DNA of 64,000 bases, taken from contig QPGO01000047.1 of assembly GCA_008632985.1 (NCBI GenBank), positions 1 to 64,000 on the forward strand, written 5' to 3'. Shown here piece after piece: positions 47,700 through 60,340 of this stretch. Each line of letters opens with the position of its first letter. Position 1 is the first letter of the stretch. The notes under the pieces are model-generated. The model saw only the letters and a program-made list of their open reading frames with translations. It made no database searches and was not told the origin of the DNA. Made by a program: the position numbers and the translations under genes. This stretch comes from Psammoneis japonica. Its lineage: Eukaryota.

Positions 47700-50600
47700 A
47701 CTGACTGAGTGAGGCACCAATTCAAGAGAGAGACACTCCATCGTGCGCTCTGGCGCATCTGCCACCTCGGCACACACCACACGCTCATCCTCCAGGCAAC
47801 AATGCTGGCATGTCACACCAGTTGTTGCACTGCCAGCAATGGCATTGACTTTGTTGGCAAGAGTGATGTGTCCCATGGAGATCTTGTTGTTGTTTTGAGT
47901 TTGTGTCTGGGGTGTCACACAGCATCTGCAGCCACATCTCCCACACAGCACTGCAGCGCTGGAGCCAAGAAGAGCCCAAAGAGGCTTGCTCACCAAGATT
48001 GAGCCCTGCCATCTTGTTGGCAGCACCAGAGCCATGCCACAGTTGCAGTGATCACTTTGAATGAGACAGGAGACATGCAACAGAGAGCCCTCTTCTTGGG
48101 GCAAGCTCAGCCCAAACCTGGTCAAACTGCAAGATTCAGCCAGTTTTGCAAAGAGCAAAGAAGCCCCCAACCAGCGTGCATGCACTGGCAGTGTGCAAGG
48201 CTGAGATTTGGCTCAAGTGCAGCCTCTTCCTGAAGGGAGAGGCTTGCAAGGACATTGCTGCACATGAGTTTTTTGCTCTTCCCTGGCATTCCAGCCACCA
48301 TGCCAGTGCCACCTGTTGAGTTTGCCAGGCTTCCAACTGCACCCATCCAGCAAAACAGTGCTTCCACAGCCTGGCCAGTTAGAGGGCCTGAAACTCTCAA
48401 ATGACTTTGTCAATGCCTTGTCCCACAGGAGCTTCAACAGCTTTTTCTGCCAGTGGATCCACTGCCTCCAACTCCTGTCAACAGCAAACTCCTGGTGGCA
48501 CTGGCCCCAAAATGAGCACAAACCCTTTCCCCAGACTCAGGTGCTCCAACACATCAGCTCCCAACCCCTGTGCACTGGACTGTCATGGTTGCACTCACAG
48601 CAATGTAAAAGATCCATCACCTGCTCTGTCAAGTCCGTGGCTGAGCTCCTCTGGTGCTGCAGCAACAGTGGCAAAACAGTGCCATCAGACCACCATGCCA
48701 CCCCAAGTGAGCAATTCCTCCTCAACAGGCCATGCCCTGGCAACAACTGTGCCCCCTGCCACCACCTGCATTGGCCATTGACCTGCTTTTTTGAAGACAT
48801 CAATGACCTTGCAGTGTGCCTCTGAGCTCATCTTCACCAGCTGCTCTGACCTGGCACTGTGGTGCTGCAAGGCAGCAATGATCCATCAGTGCTTGTGCCA
48901 CAGCAGGATGCCATGTGGTCAGTTGGTCAGACATTTGCTGTGCAATGGGGTCCAAGGATCAGGCCCTCCTTGCACCCCAATCAACATGGACTTCCATGAT
49001 GCCCAGCAAATCCATCACTTCAAGAAACAGGATTTGCCCCAACTGCTGCATCAACCCCCACAGCTGTCATCCTGTGGATCATGCATGCAGCCATGCTTGG
49101 CTTGTGCACCAGGAGCCCAAAAGCCACCACCAATGTGTGTGTTGGCCTGGCTTCATTTGACTGTGTTGGCAAATTTTGAGACAACTCTTTTGAGTGCCAT
49201 TGCGCCAATGTGCCATTTGCCATCAGCAAGCCTGTGAACATCAGTTTGTGGTGTGGAGTCAGAACACGCCCCACATTTCACCAGGTGCATTGCAAAAAAA
49301 GCATCAAAATGAGATGACATTTGAGTGGTGCCAGTGCTGGATTGAAGTTTCAATTTGAGTCACATTTAACCACTGACTGGAAAACCCAATGTCACAAGGA
49401 CTCCAGCAATGCACAATCACATGCAGGGTTTGCGTGAGATGTCACAATCACTGTGTTGCCATTTTCTTGACAAAATCTGCAGGAAACAAACACTCAAGGA
49501 TGCTCCAAACAACTGCTGTGTGCAGACTGCAGTGCACACCTGTTGCACTCTTGTTGCAAGATGTTGAAGCATGCCTGCATGCCAGTTTGGAGTTGCTTGA
49601 TGGCTGGGCCTCAAGGCTGCCCATTGTTTCATTGCATCTCATCCAATGATGCAAAAATGCCTGTGCCGCCATCTCACCCCCCATGCTCCTCCTGTGAGTG
49701 AGCCCACTGTGTGCATGTGCTCAGGTCCAATGCCTCTGCCTTCAAGTTCACCCACCAGCAGTGCACCAACTGAGGCACCCAGCAATGCTCTTCATTGTCA
49801 ACAGCCCATTTTTGTTTCCTCCTCCTGCCTTTGTGCTTGTGGGCAAGCCCACCTTTTTGCCAGTGCATGCTCCAATGAGCACTTTTTCAAATGGACCCAC
49901 CACATCTCATTTGGGCAAGCCAATGTGAGTGCACATCCTCTCAAATTGTCTGTCAAAGCTTCTGACAAAGTTTCCTCCAAAGGAGGGTTTGGCAATCTTC
50001 CAGGTGTGCCTCTGTGCCAGCTCTGTTGCTGACCAGAAATCTCACCACAAACCTTGGGCATGCTGTTGATGCAAGCAGATGTGCTGCTGCCTCATGCTGC
50101 TCCTGACACTGATTCAGCAGTGCAGGCGCAACCAACATGTCAACATTTCTCTTGTGGCTGTGCACTTGAACCACTCTGCTGGTGCCTGCACTTTCATTGA
50201 GAGATGTTGTGGACAGTGCTTCAACAGCAGCAATCTGACTTTTTGTGCACAAGCTGACAAGATGTGACAATTTCATGCAGGAACTCAAGTTTTTCCTCAG
50301 GTGGCATGCTCAACTCCAGTGGGCAACATTGGCTTTGTCAGCAAGAGTGGCATTTTCTCCCCTGGAGATCTTGCTGTCGTGTCTGAGAAAAACTGTTGTT
50401 CTTGGCCCAGCTGTGTGTGTGCTGCTGCACATCCGCAGTGCATTTGCCAGACCTTGCATCTTGAAGACTGCGGTGTTTTCAAAAAAGACAAGAGATTGGA
50501 GCACAGAGAGCACTCTTGGTGGGCTCAGCCCAAGCTGGGTTGAGCCACAAACACTCCAGTCAACAATGATGGTTGCTGTGTTTGGGGCCAAGCTTGAGAC

Positions 50601-50700
50601 AAAACTTCAAAGCTGGCTGACTTTGGCACTCTGCAAATGTGAAATTGAAGCCATCACTGCAAAACTTGCACCAGTTGTCATGTGATGCAAAATCTGCACA
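47700..50700 (-). mobile_element. Non-LTR retrotransposon (LINE) 3' relic: post-RT, RNase H-like and C-terminal regions
   Basis: APNT..IV..VCGSTQLG (cf. IVYGSxxLGG), LNQC, and RGWELMC...FWGQCHQEF...WIHWQKKLLKLLWD (cf. IGW..L..G..S..W...Q..Y...W..KLI.LLW of diatom LINEs). Heavily decayed. Confidence 0.5.
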
Positions 50701-51429
50701 ACTTGATGTTTCATGTGATGAAGCTCGTCATGACACATCAGGCACAGCAACAACATCTGCTAAAAATGCCATTTGGTGGCAGCTCAAAAACTCCTGCAAC
50801 AGCAAGGTGTGCACCAAGGAAATCAAAAAATCTGTTGTGATGCCACAGGTGAAATGTCACATGTCAATTCTTCACCAACACACAAACACCATTAGCCACA
50901 TTCTGACACCTGCTGTGTCAAATCCAGCAAAAACAAAAACAAAAAGAGCTTCAAGTGCAAAGTGCAAATTTCTGGCAGAGAAGAGATTTGTGGTGTGGGT
51001 GGTTGGTCTGACAACAGTGCAGCTGATGAAGTGAGACATCTGGGGACATCTGCAGTTTGTCATCGATGTCCAACATGTGCGCCGAAGACATGCTGCTGTT
51101 CCAAAACTTTCTTGCAGAGTGCAGAGTGATGGCTTCACTCTGAAAACTCTCTGGCTTTGCTGACACAAATGAGTGCAAAAAAATGAGATTTTTTGCTTTT
51201 CAAAGGGACCCACAGATTGCAGAATTGGGGAGAGGGGGGGGGGGGGGGGGCAGCAAGTCATCATCATGCAGTTGGGAGTGAGCCAGGTTCTTTTCCCCCT
51301 CTGAGCCAGCACCCTCTTGAGTTTGCATGCACCTGCCTGCATTGAAAGCCAACTTCCTGTTTGTGGTTGCTTTGTGGCTGCTCTCTGTTGTTTTGCTTGC
51401 TGCAGCATGTTTGTTGCCCCAGACATGTG

Positions 51430-51610
51430 CCAATGTTTCTCAGTGCTGCAGTCAAGTTGAGTCAATTCATTGGAGAGCCAACATGAATTCAGAGTGCAGC
51501 AACAGCTGCAGTCCACAACAACCAAGCAAAACAGCAACACAACTTCCCTCTTTGCAAGAAGCATTTTTTGAACATGCACGGTCTCAAGGAAGTCCAACAT
51601 CTGCTCAGGG
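51430..51610 (+). pseudogene. Decayed paralogous fragment of the 42076-43236 gene
   Basis: tccacaacaaccaagcaaaacagcaacacaacttccctctttgcaagaagc...ggtctcaagg-aagtccaacat aligns to 42978-43066. Confidence 0.9.
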
Positions 51611-51799
51611 ACATTCCCAAATCTGCCATCTTGAGACTGCTGCATTTGTGAGACTGGCCAGACTGGACTGGCCCTGGTGATGCAGTGCTTGAGCAATTTT
51701 GTAAAAAACCAATTGTGATTGTTTCTGCAAGATCTGCACAAGTGGTTGCAGTTGTTTCACAAGAACCTGACATGACATCAAGATGACACCCCATGCAGT

Positions 51800-54670
51800 G
51801 CCGGCCATTGGGATTCCATCTCAGGATTCCCTTTCAAATGCGTTCACTCGTGGCATTTGCTGCAACCACACACAAGAATGACCACAACAACAACAGCACC
51901 ATTGTTGTCAGCCAACTCTACATTGCATCACAACAACAAGTCCAAGTTGCTGAGAGCCCCTGTTGCCAATGCCACAGCCACACTTGGGATGGCTGCAATG
52001 GGGGCTTCCAATCAGCTCACCTCTGACACTTTTGCTCAGCAGTCAAGATTGGTGAGAGACATGCATGATGACTTGGGCGACAAAGATGACAACACAAAGA
52101 AAGCAATGAAGGTGCAAGTTTCAATTAAAACCTTGTCACGCCTGCATTTGAATTTCTGCCTCTGACCCTGAGTTTCAACCAAACTTTTTGCAGCAGACAT
52201 GAGAGCCAGTTCTGTGCAATGTGTGGCCACAAGCACGCCACATTGGGAGACACCAGGTGCTTGGTTGATGAGCAAAAAGCCTTCATTTGCCTGTTTTGTT
52301 GAGCCTTTTGCCCACAAAAGAAATGGGGCAGGGCAAAGAAGGGAGAGACCAGTCAGGCCAATCTTTGATTCTGAGCTCTTGTTTGAAATGGTGACAGCCA
52401 GCAATCCCTTGACTGCAGCGGACATTCCAAATGAGACTCAATTGCTTGACCACACAGAACCTGGTGTTGGCAAACCCAACAAGCTCAGCCAGTGGCATGT
52501 GGTCAACCAGGCTTGTGCATCCCTTCGATGACTGTTTGTTTTTCAGCTTGAAATGCATGGCAGAGATCCTGCTTTGTGTCACTCCGTCATGAAAATTCCA
52601 GCCACATCAAATGTCTCAAGTGTCTTGTGAAGTCCCCAAAACCACAAGAGAAATGGAGACAGGTGAGTTTTGGCCAAAATGTGTGGCACATTTCTGTTTA
52701 AAACAGCCAAGCTGTGCTGAGTTGTCCACCTCAAACATGGTCAGGTTTCTGGCAATGTGTTGCCCCACCTGGCCCATGAGCATTTCCCAGAGTTGGAGGA
52801 GGCTTGCTGGGGACATTCTTCTGGGACATTGCTCAATGGAACAGCTGCTTTGTGCAACCATTTCTTCATGCTGTGCACAAAACAAGCCATTTCCCACTGG
52901 GAGTCTCTCCTCAAGGCTCTGACCTGAGCGATCTTTGCAGTTTTGGTTGTCGGGCAAGGAAAGAGGAACAGGCCCAGCTGTTGCTCATCATGAAGATGTT
53001 TGCTGGCAAAACCAATGGTGAAAGCATGTGGTTTGGCCATGTCATGCAACACAGAGATGTGAGAATAAACTCCATTGGTGGATTGGGTCTTTGTCTGCTC
53101 GGTGCAACCATCCAACCACTTCAATCAAACAAACTGTTGCTGCAATCATTTTGAATGCAAGATGCTTTGAGATCAGCAAAGAATGGGAGAAGATTGACCT
53201 AAAAAGGAAGGAAACATGGTGGAACATCAAGCTCCTTGTGGACATGCAGAAGGCTTGCACATCTTCTGGAGACAGTGCCAAGTCACCTGCTGACATGCAG
53301 CTCATGTCTCCCTTGTCTTGTGTTGCTTGGTTTGATCATTTGAAGGAACGGCTTGACCTGTTCATCAACTGCAGTTTGCACTTTGGACATGTTGGAGGCA
53401 CAGTCAAGTTAGAATCAGAGGAGTTGGAGTCTTCTTGTCTCATCAAAGCTTTTGAAAATTGAAACCCAAGTGTGTTTGATGCCCTTGAAGGTGAGTCGCA
53501 GCACTTGTGGTGTGGCCTGTTTTTCTTTTAATTAAACTCACATTTTGTTTCAATTGAACAATGTGAGGCAATGAGGGTTGCAGCTGGCTTTGCAAAGGAG
53601 CCTGGAACCTGATGAATTGCAGAAGGAGATCTTTCCTTGGCTTGAAGGCATGGCAGAAGGAGTGTCTTGCAGGGAGCACCCCACATCACATGCTGCCTTT
53701 GTGGAGCTCTTGAGACCATTGCGTGTTGTCATCCTCCAAGATGTGGCTGCTTTGATGCTGCTCGGCTGCACCCACACCCTGCTCAAGCTTGCTGTTTTCA
53801 TGTCAGCTGGATTTTTGTCATTCAAGGAAGAAATGAAGGTTTGCTTGGAAAAGCCACCCCCTTGCCCTGATGCTGGACAAATCTGTGGGGTGTCAGAGCA
53901 GACTCAAAACTTGCACCAGGACAACTGATGCAGCCACCAGCAGCTGTTGTCTGCAGTTGATGGGTCCTTTGAATGCAACAGAAACACAATGAACAATTTT
54001 GCCTTTGCCACTGGAAACTCACACAGCCAGAAATGAGTTCAACAACTTGACCCTGGAGCAGTCTCCACTGACTGGGCAGCAAACACACCAGCAATTGGTG
54101 AGTGCTGTGCATCATCTTGCTGTTTCAATCAAATGTCATTTTAACCAAACATTTGCTGACCAAATTGTGCATTCAATTGAAACCATTTTCAGCCACAGGC
54201 ATGATGCCAGCAACAGGCATGCAGTCTCCCAGTCCCAGCTTGAGTGGCTTTTGACCCCCCAAGTGGAAAGACACAGATCTTGCCAAGATGCACAACTGCT
54301 TCAAGGGAAATGCTCCTCCTTTCACTGCCCGCAATGAAATGAGGCATTTGGAGGACAGCAGGAAACCATGGCATTCAGCATGGGAAGACAAAGACAAAAA
54401 TGCTCTCCATCATTGGAAGCAGCTGATGAAAATTGTGGACAAAGTGCTGGTTGAAAACTCTGCACACCTCCAAGTTCTGGTCATTGCCAAGTTGAACTCA
54501 TTTTGCATTGCAGATTGCAACAAGGTGTTGACAACCACATTGAAGAAGTTCCCTGAACAACATTGGCACTTTGCGGGCCATTTCCAGCTGGCAGCAGTGC
54601 AAATCAAGGAAAAATGGCCAACAACCAAGGGGAAGTGGCCAACATTTGGCTGCAACAAAAACACAAGTTA
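51800..54670 (+). mobile_element. Crypton-type tyrosine-recombinase DNA transposon relic (NDC10_II-like)
   Basis: ESLLKA.LSDL, GKTNG..WFGHVMQHRDV...GGLGLCLL..RF, WWNIKLL, LHFGH (HxxR with CGT>CAT), ELQKEIFPWL, and FVELL..LRVVILQDVA. Confidence 0.7.
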
Positions 54671-55229
54671 AAGGGTTTCATCGAAGCTCACTCTTGGTGC
54701 AATTCTTGGTGCATGTTCTTGGAGCATTGCACACTTTCCAACTTGGTGCCTCTTTTTACATTTCAACAAAACCCATTTGTGACATTTTAAATGAAGCCAA
54801 CTTAAATTTTGGTTGAAACATGATCACAACACATTGCACATGTTTGAACTCGATGCTGCTCTCCTTCAGAATGTCCGCCACTTTGCATTGGATTTGGCCA
54901 TCTGGCTTGCCTTTGCTGTCCCAACTGCAGTCATTGAGAACATTGTGCTTTGTGTGAGCAAACCATGTGGTGCAGTTTTTGTTGAAGCCAATGGCTGTGG
55001 CACTCTTCTTTGCAACAAATGAGCCACACGTCTTGTCAAATTTGGTGCGGTCCTCCTCAGGGACTTGGAAACACAGGATGGGGGGGGGGCACTTCTGATG
55101 TGCTGGAATCAAATGTGACCCTCACATTCTGCAGAAGGTTGGGCAGTGCATTGCTGCTCTTCTTCACCTTGCAACCTTCCTCCCAGGTGACCATGGGCCA
55201 CTCAATGCTGTCCAGTTTTTGAAACCCAC

Positions 55230-55620
55230 AAGTGGATTTTGGGGGGGTTGCTGTTGAAGGTCTTGGCTGCATCGCTGCCTCTGGCCTTGACAGTGCCCTT
55301 TTTGGCCTTCTCACCAGCACTGCCACCCTTGGTGCTGCTGTCCTTGCTGCTGCTGTCTTTGTCAGTGGCCTTCCTGGGCTTGGCGGCACTGCCACCCTTG
55401 GCGCTGCTTTCCTTGGCAACACTTTCCTTGGCAACACCCTTCTTGGTCTTGGGGCTGCCCTTGCCACCCTTTTTGGCCTTTGCTGCACTTTTCCTGCCAC
55501 CCTTGGCAACACTGTCGGCCTTGGCACCACTGCCCTTGGCACTGTCAGTGTCCTTGGCAGTGCCCTTCTTAGCCTTGTGGTGCGCAGCAGTGTGGGTGTG
55601 TTCTTCCTTGGCAATGTGGC
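55230..55620 (-). other. Lys/Ala/Gly/Ser-rich low-complexity coding-like repeat (AKGG/KAKKG), relic or gene
   Basis: KAKKGTAKDTDSAKGSGAKADSVAKGGRKSAAKAKKGGKG... is open for ~130 codons and built of gccaagg repeats. Confidence 0.55.
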
Positions 55621-57859
55621 AGCATTGCCAGGGACAGCCTTCCTCTGTGCACCACACAGAGAGAGAAAAACGTTTTTTCAATGACCTTGGCAACAAGTGA
55701 TTGTCACTTGTTTGTTGAGAGCCAAAGATTGCACAAACTGGTTGGATCTTTGCTCTCACCATTGACCAAATCAACATGTGTCAACAAATGTCACAACTTT
55801 TTGGGATCGCCAAAACAGGCACATGTTCAGTCACATGGGAAGCTCTGGGTTTGTGAAAAAAAAAGAAGAGGAAAGGGAGGAGGGGAGAGAGAGTAGAGAG
55901 GCCTGCATTCAATGTGCACGCATGATGGCCACATGTCTCACGCACCTCAGATCTCAGACAAAACTGCGACAAAAAAAAAACAACCATGGTGGCAGCAACA
56001 GCCACCACTTGATTTTGTTGCCAAACCTTTTTCTGCACAAAAAATGAATGTGTCACATTCTACATCTTTCTCTGATGAGTGCATGCAACAAAAGAGATGC
56101 AAGAGAAAATCCAAAAACAGACAAAAACTCCCTTCTGGGATTTTGCTGCTGTTGGTGCTCTATCCTCACAACTTGCGCATTTCAATTTTTGTTCACATTG
56201 GACAGATTGGAGAGCACTCTTGGAAAACTCTGTGTGCACATGTGGAAGACAAGGTTGCCCTCATCTCCAAATGTTGTGGGCCAGCACATGGCTGGTGTGG
56301 GAGTCAACTGTGTGGGAGGAGCAGCTTCTGGGTGGCACAGGAGTCATCAGGGCATTGGAGTGGCCAGACGGCATGGCAGTTGGTTTGGCTGGAGCAGCCA
56401 GTTTGCACAGGGAGTGGGTGGTGTTGGAGCAGCTGTGCAGCATGGCAGTTGGCAGTGTTGGAGTGGCCAGGTGGTGTGGCAGTTGGTGGCATTGGAGCAG
56501 CCAGGCAGATGGCATTGTGGTCAGCATGCAAGTCTTCAGAGTGGCCTTTGGGGGTTGTTGGAATTGGTCAGCATGGCAGCACCACCAGGCAGCACTGTCA
56601 ACACATGACAGGCAATTCACAATCTGCCACTTTTGGAAAAGTCCATGCACAAAAGGCAGACAAGGTTGACCTCATCTCTAAAAATCATGGGCAACTGCTG
56701 AAGTTTCTGACTGCAGCAGCAGCACCTTGGCATTTTTTCTGCAATGATGTTCATGTGGCATGAGATGCCGGAGGCTCCCGGCCACACATGTCTGGTCTTT
56801 AAATGGCTGCCTTTGATGGAGTCATTGGCTTGTCAAGGTCATTGGCATTGGAGCTGTGAGGGAGAGGTGGCATGAGAGTCAGTGGTGCTGGAGCAGCCAG
56901 CTGCTGGTGCTGGGAGAGAAAAAAGAAAGATGTGTGTGTGTGTGTGTGTGTGTTTGGTGCCACAGCTTGGGTCCATGTCACCAACTGGGAAATCCAGGGT
57001 TGGCGCCAATGTCATTCTCTGCATGAGTGCATTTCCACCATCACAAGTCCACCACTGTGATGCATTTCCAGCATTGTGGCCATTTGGTGCTTCCCAGTGT
57101 GGCACCCTGTCCTCAACCAGCATGGTGCAGTGCTCCGTGCTGTTGGGCTGTGCCATGCAGCTGTGATGTGGACCTTCTTTGTGGCTCAAACTACACCAGA
57201 AACAGCACTGCACCTGACAAGTGGAAGCTTTTCTTTGTCTGCTTGCTCAGTTTGGTGGAGGATCAAGCACTTGGCTGTGCCACCTGACAGCTGCCAATTC
57301 CAACACAGCTGCATTTTGAGCTGACAATTGATGGCTCAGCACTCTCCTGCAACTCCAAATGGCTCAGACCTTTCTGGTGGGTTTGAAAGAGAGGTGCAGA
57401 AGGTTCACACACAAGCTTTGTGTGTGTGTGTGTGTGCTCAGATCTTTTGTGTCTCCCCACTCACAAGAATGACTGTTCTCTCTGCACCAGTGCTGTTGTG
57501 AGTGGCGGCAGTTTGCTGTGTGGTGTGAGCTTTGATTTTCTGTCTTTAACCTTTTTGCAACATGCCAAGTGAACAGGTGCTGTGTTCTGGAACATCTGAC
57601 AATGCTCGCCAAGTGGCCCTGCCACTCACCACTCAATGTCCACCAGATCACTCCAGCATGCATTCATGCATGTAAAGTCATGCAAACCATGCTGGTTTTG
57701 GTTGTTTTGGCATGCTTTTGCAAATCTTGGAAGCACTTCCTGAAACATCTTAGCTTTGCTGCTGGCAACCTGACAGGAATGCCATCCCTTCCACCTTGCT
57801 CTGCAAGGAACTCCAAAGCTTCAGACATGGCACTCTCTGCCATTGTGACAGGTGGCTCA

Positions 57860-59204
57860 GAAGGACACTCAGCACCGTCGCTTTTTGATGCCATTGCTGA
57901 AGAAGCAATGCCACGATTGGACAGTTTCAACCAGCAAGAAACAGCAAACACTGCACGGGCCTGTGCTGCTGTTGGACACCCAGCGCTGTCACTTTTTGAT
58001 GCCATTGCTGAAGAAGCAATGCCGCGATTGGACATTTTCAACCAGCAAGAAATGGCAAACACAGCATGGGCCCATGCTGCTGCTGGACACTCAGCACCAT
58101 TGCTTTTTGATGCTCTGTTGCCAAAGAAGCAATGCCGCAATTGGACAGTTTCCACCCGCAAGTGACAGCAAACACGGCATGGGCCTGTGCCACTGTTGGA
58201 CACTCAGCACCGTCACTTTTTGATGCTGTTGCTGAAGAAACAATGCCACGATTGGACAGTTTCCACCCACAAGCAACAGCAAACACTGCGTGGGCCTGTG
58301 CCACTGTTGGACACTCAGCACCGTTGCTTTTTGATGCCATTGCTGAAGAAGCAATGCCAAAATTGGGCACTTTTAACCCCCAAAGCCCAGCAAGCATGGT
58401 GCGGGCCTTTGCCGCAGTTGGACAGTCAATGCCGTTGCTCTTTGATGCTGTTGCTGAAGAAGCAATGTCAAGATTGGGCAATTTTGCCCCCCAAAGCCCA
58501 GCCAGCACAGCATGGGCCCACTGTGCACTGCTGCTGGGCATTCAGCACCGTCGCTTTTTCATGCCGCAGCTGAAGCAGCGGCATCGAAATTGGACAAGTT
58601 CACCCCACAAGGCCTTGCAAACTTGATGTGGGCTTGCGCGGTTTGTGACCAATTCAGTGAAATTCTAATTGGAGATGCACCACGCATTGCGCACGCTTCC
58701 CATTCCACTGCCGCCTCCTTTTCTGATGAAGAATTGTGTCAACTCCACCAAATTCATCTTTGGCATCTTGAGAAAGGGAAGTCATTGTTGCTGCTTGATT
58801 GTGACTTGCAACAGAGGTGTCAAGAGGCTTTTGTTGGAAAAACAAGGCAATCCATCCAAGCTGCAAAAGGATGTTGTCAGGACACTTTTGGACCTTGGAC
58901 TTGACCCCCAAAGGAAGAATTCCAGATGGATGTGGGTTGCAGCTTGGGTGCAGTGGTCAGGCATTGCAATCGAGAAGTTGCCATTGAAGTGGATGGGCCA
59001 AGCCACTTTCTTTCTGATCAATCACTGACTGGTTCTATGATTCTAAAACATCGCCAGCTTGCAAGATTGGAAAATTACAGCGTGGTGTCAGTGCCTTGTT
59101 GGGAGTGGAATGCTGTGGCAGAAAAGGACCCAAATTTAAAGTCAGTTCAAGAATGGCACAAAAAGCACTTGTTGGAAATCCTTGGTCAAGCGATTGCAAG
59201 TTAG
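57860..59204 (+). pseudogene. Helical-repeat (37-aa HPR/OPR-like) + RAP-domain RNA-binding protein pseudogene
   Basis: About seven 111-nt repeats (GHSAPSLFDAIAEEAMPRLDSF.PQ..ANTAWA.A), then RAP VAIEVDGPSHF...TGSMILKHRQL..VVSVPCWEW. Frameshifted. Confidence 0.9.
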
Positions 59205-60030
59205 GTTGAAAAAAAAAAAGAGGAAGGGTTGTCTGTCAGCTTCTCTCTGCTGTGCACTGATGCAAAAGAAACGTTCGCACCACAGTTTTTGTTTGTGGCA
59301 CAAGCAGCCAAGCTTGTCAACCAGTCCACGCATCGAGTTTGGCTCTGCACTCTTGTGCGTTTGGCCATGACGACTCTCATTGCAGCCGCATTGCATTCGT
59401 AGCATGCAGACTTGAGGCCTGGTTTGTTGGGCTCTGTGTGCTTGGCTGCACAGACAATTGATTTTGAACACATGTGTTGCAATGCGGCTTGAACCTTTTG
59501 AGAGGATGACATTTGCAACAGACATCTGGCTTCAGAAAAATTGCGTTGGCCACTCAAAGTGCCAACATGTGGATTGCACTGGTTCTGATTCTCCTCTCTG
59601 CTTGTGGCAGACATGACCTTCATGACATTGGCACACAAAGCAACCTCTGCCTGCAGTCTTCATCCAATGCGAGCAAAGCAGGTCAAATGAAATTGTCATC
59701 CATTGAACAATGGGGTGGCTTGTCAACGCAAGTTTTCACCTTGCCATTCAAGTGTCCAACGCAGTTTCACAAAATGCTGTCACATTGTCAAAAGGTCACA
59801 GCGGCAACAGCATTCTCCACCTGGACGCAATGTTCAAAGCTGTTCCCAAAGCAGGGCACCTGAGCACCTCAATTCCAACAGATGGTTGTGACTCGCAGAG
59901 ATGTTTCTGCACCAAGCTGGACCAGTCAAACACTTTGCTTTCCCTGCCAACTCGATCCAGCCAAGTGACAATCACACCCATGATGAAAGAGCAAAATTTT
60001 TCAAAGAATGAGAACAAGGTGGAACAGCCC

Positions 60031-60340
60031 TCAATCATGTGAAGCACGGGACACGGACTCCAGCAAATGCTTTTTGCACCATTTCCTGCCAGACTTCATG
60101 GACGAATCTTTTCCCAACACTTCATCCCATTCCCAATGTGGACCTGACAAAAGAGTGTAGACTTCTAGTTTCAAAAGCTGGCAACATTTCAATTTGGTGG
60201 ACCCAGTTGGTGATCGATCATGGATTGATCTCAAGACCATTGCAAATGCATCAATGGACATGGAGTGGGACCCTGTTGCAACAAATTCAATGGGAGGAGA
60301 GCCAAGGGCAGAGAAGAGGCAGCAATGTCCCCTGGTCATT
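60031..60340 (-). pseudogene. Second RAP-domain relic, inverted relative to the first
   Basis: TGSTKLKCCQLLKLEVYTLLSGPHWEWD...WCKKHLLE, paralogous to ...PCWEWN...WHKKHLLE at 58990-59200. Confidence 0.75.
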
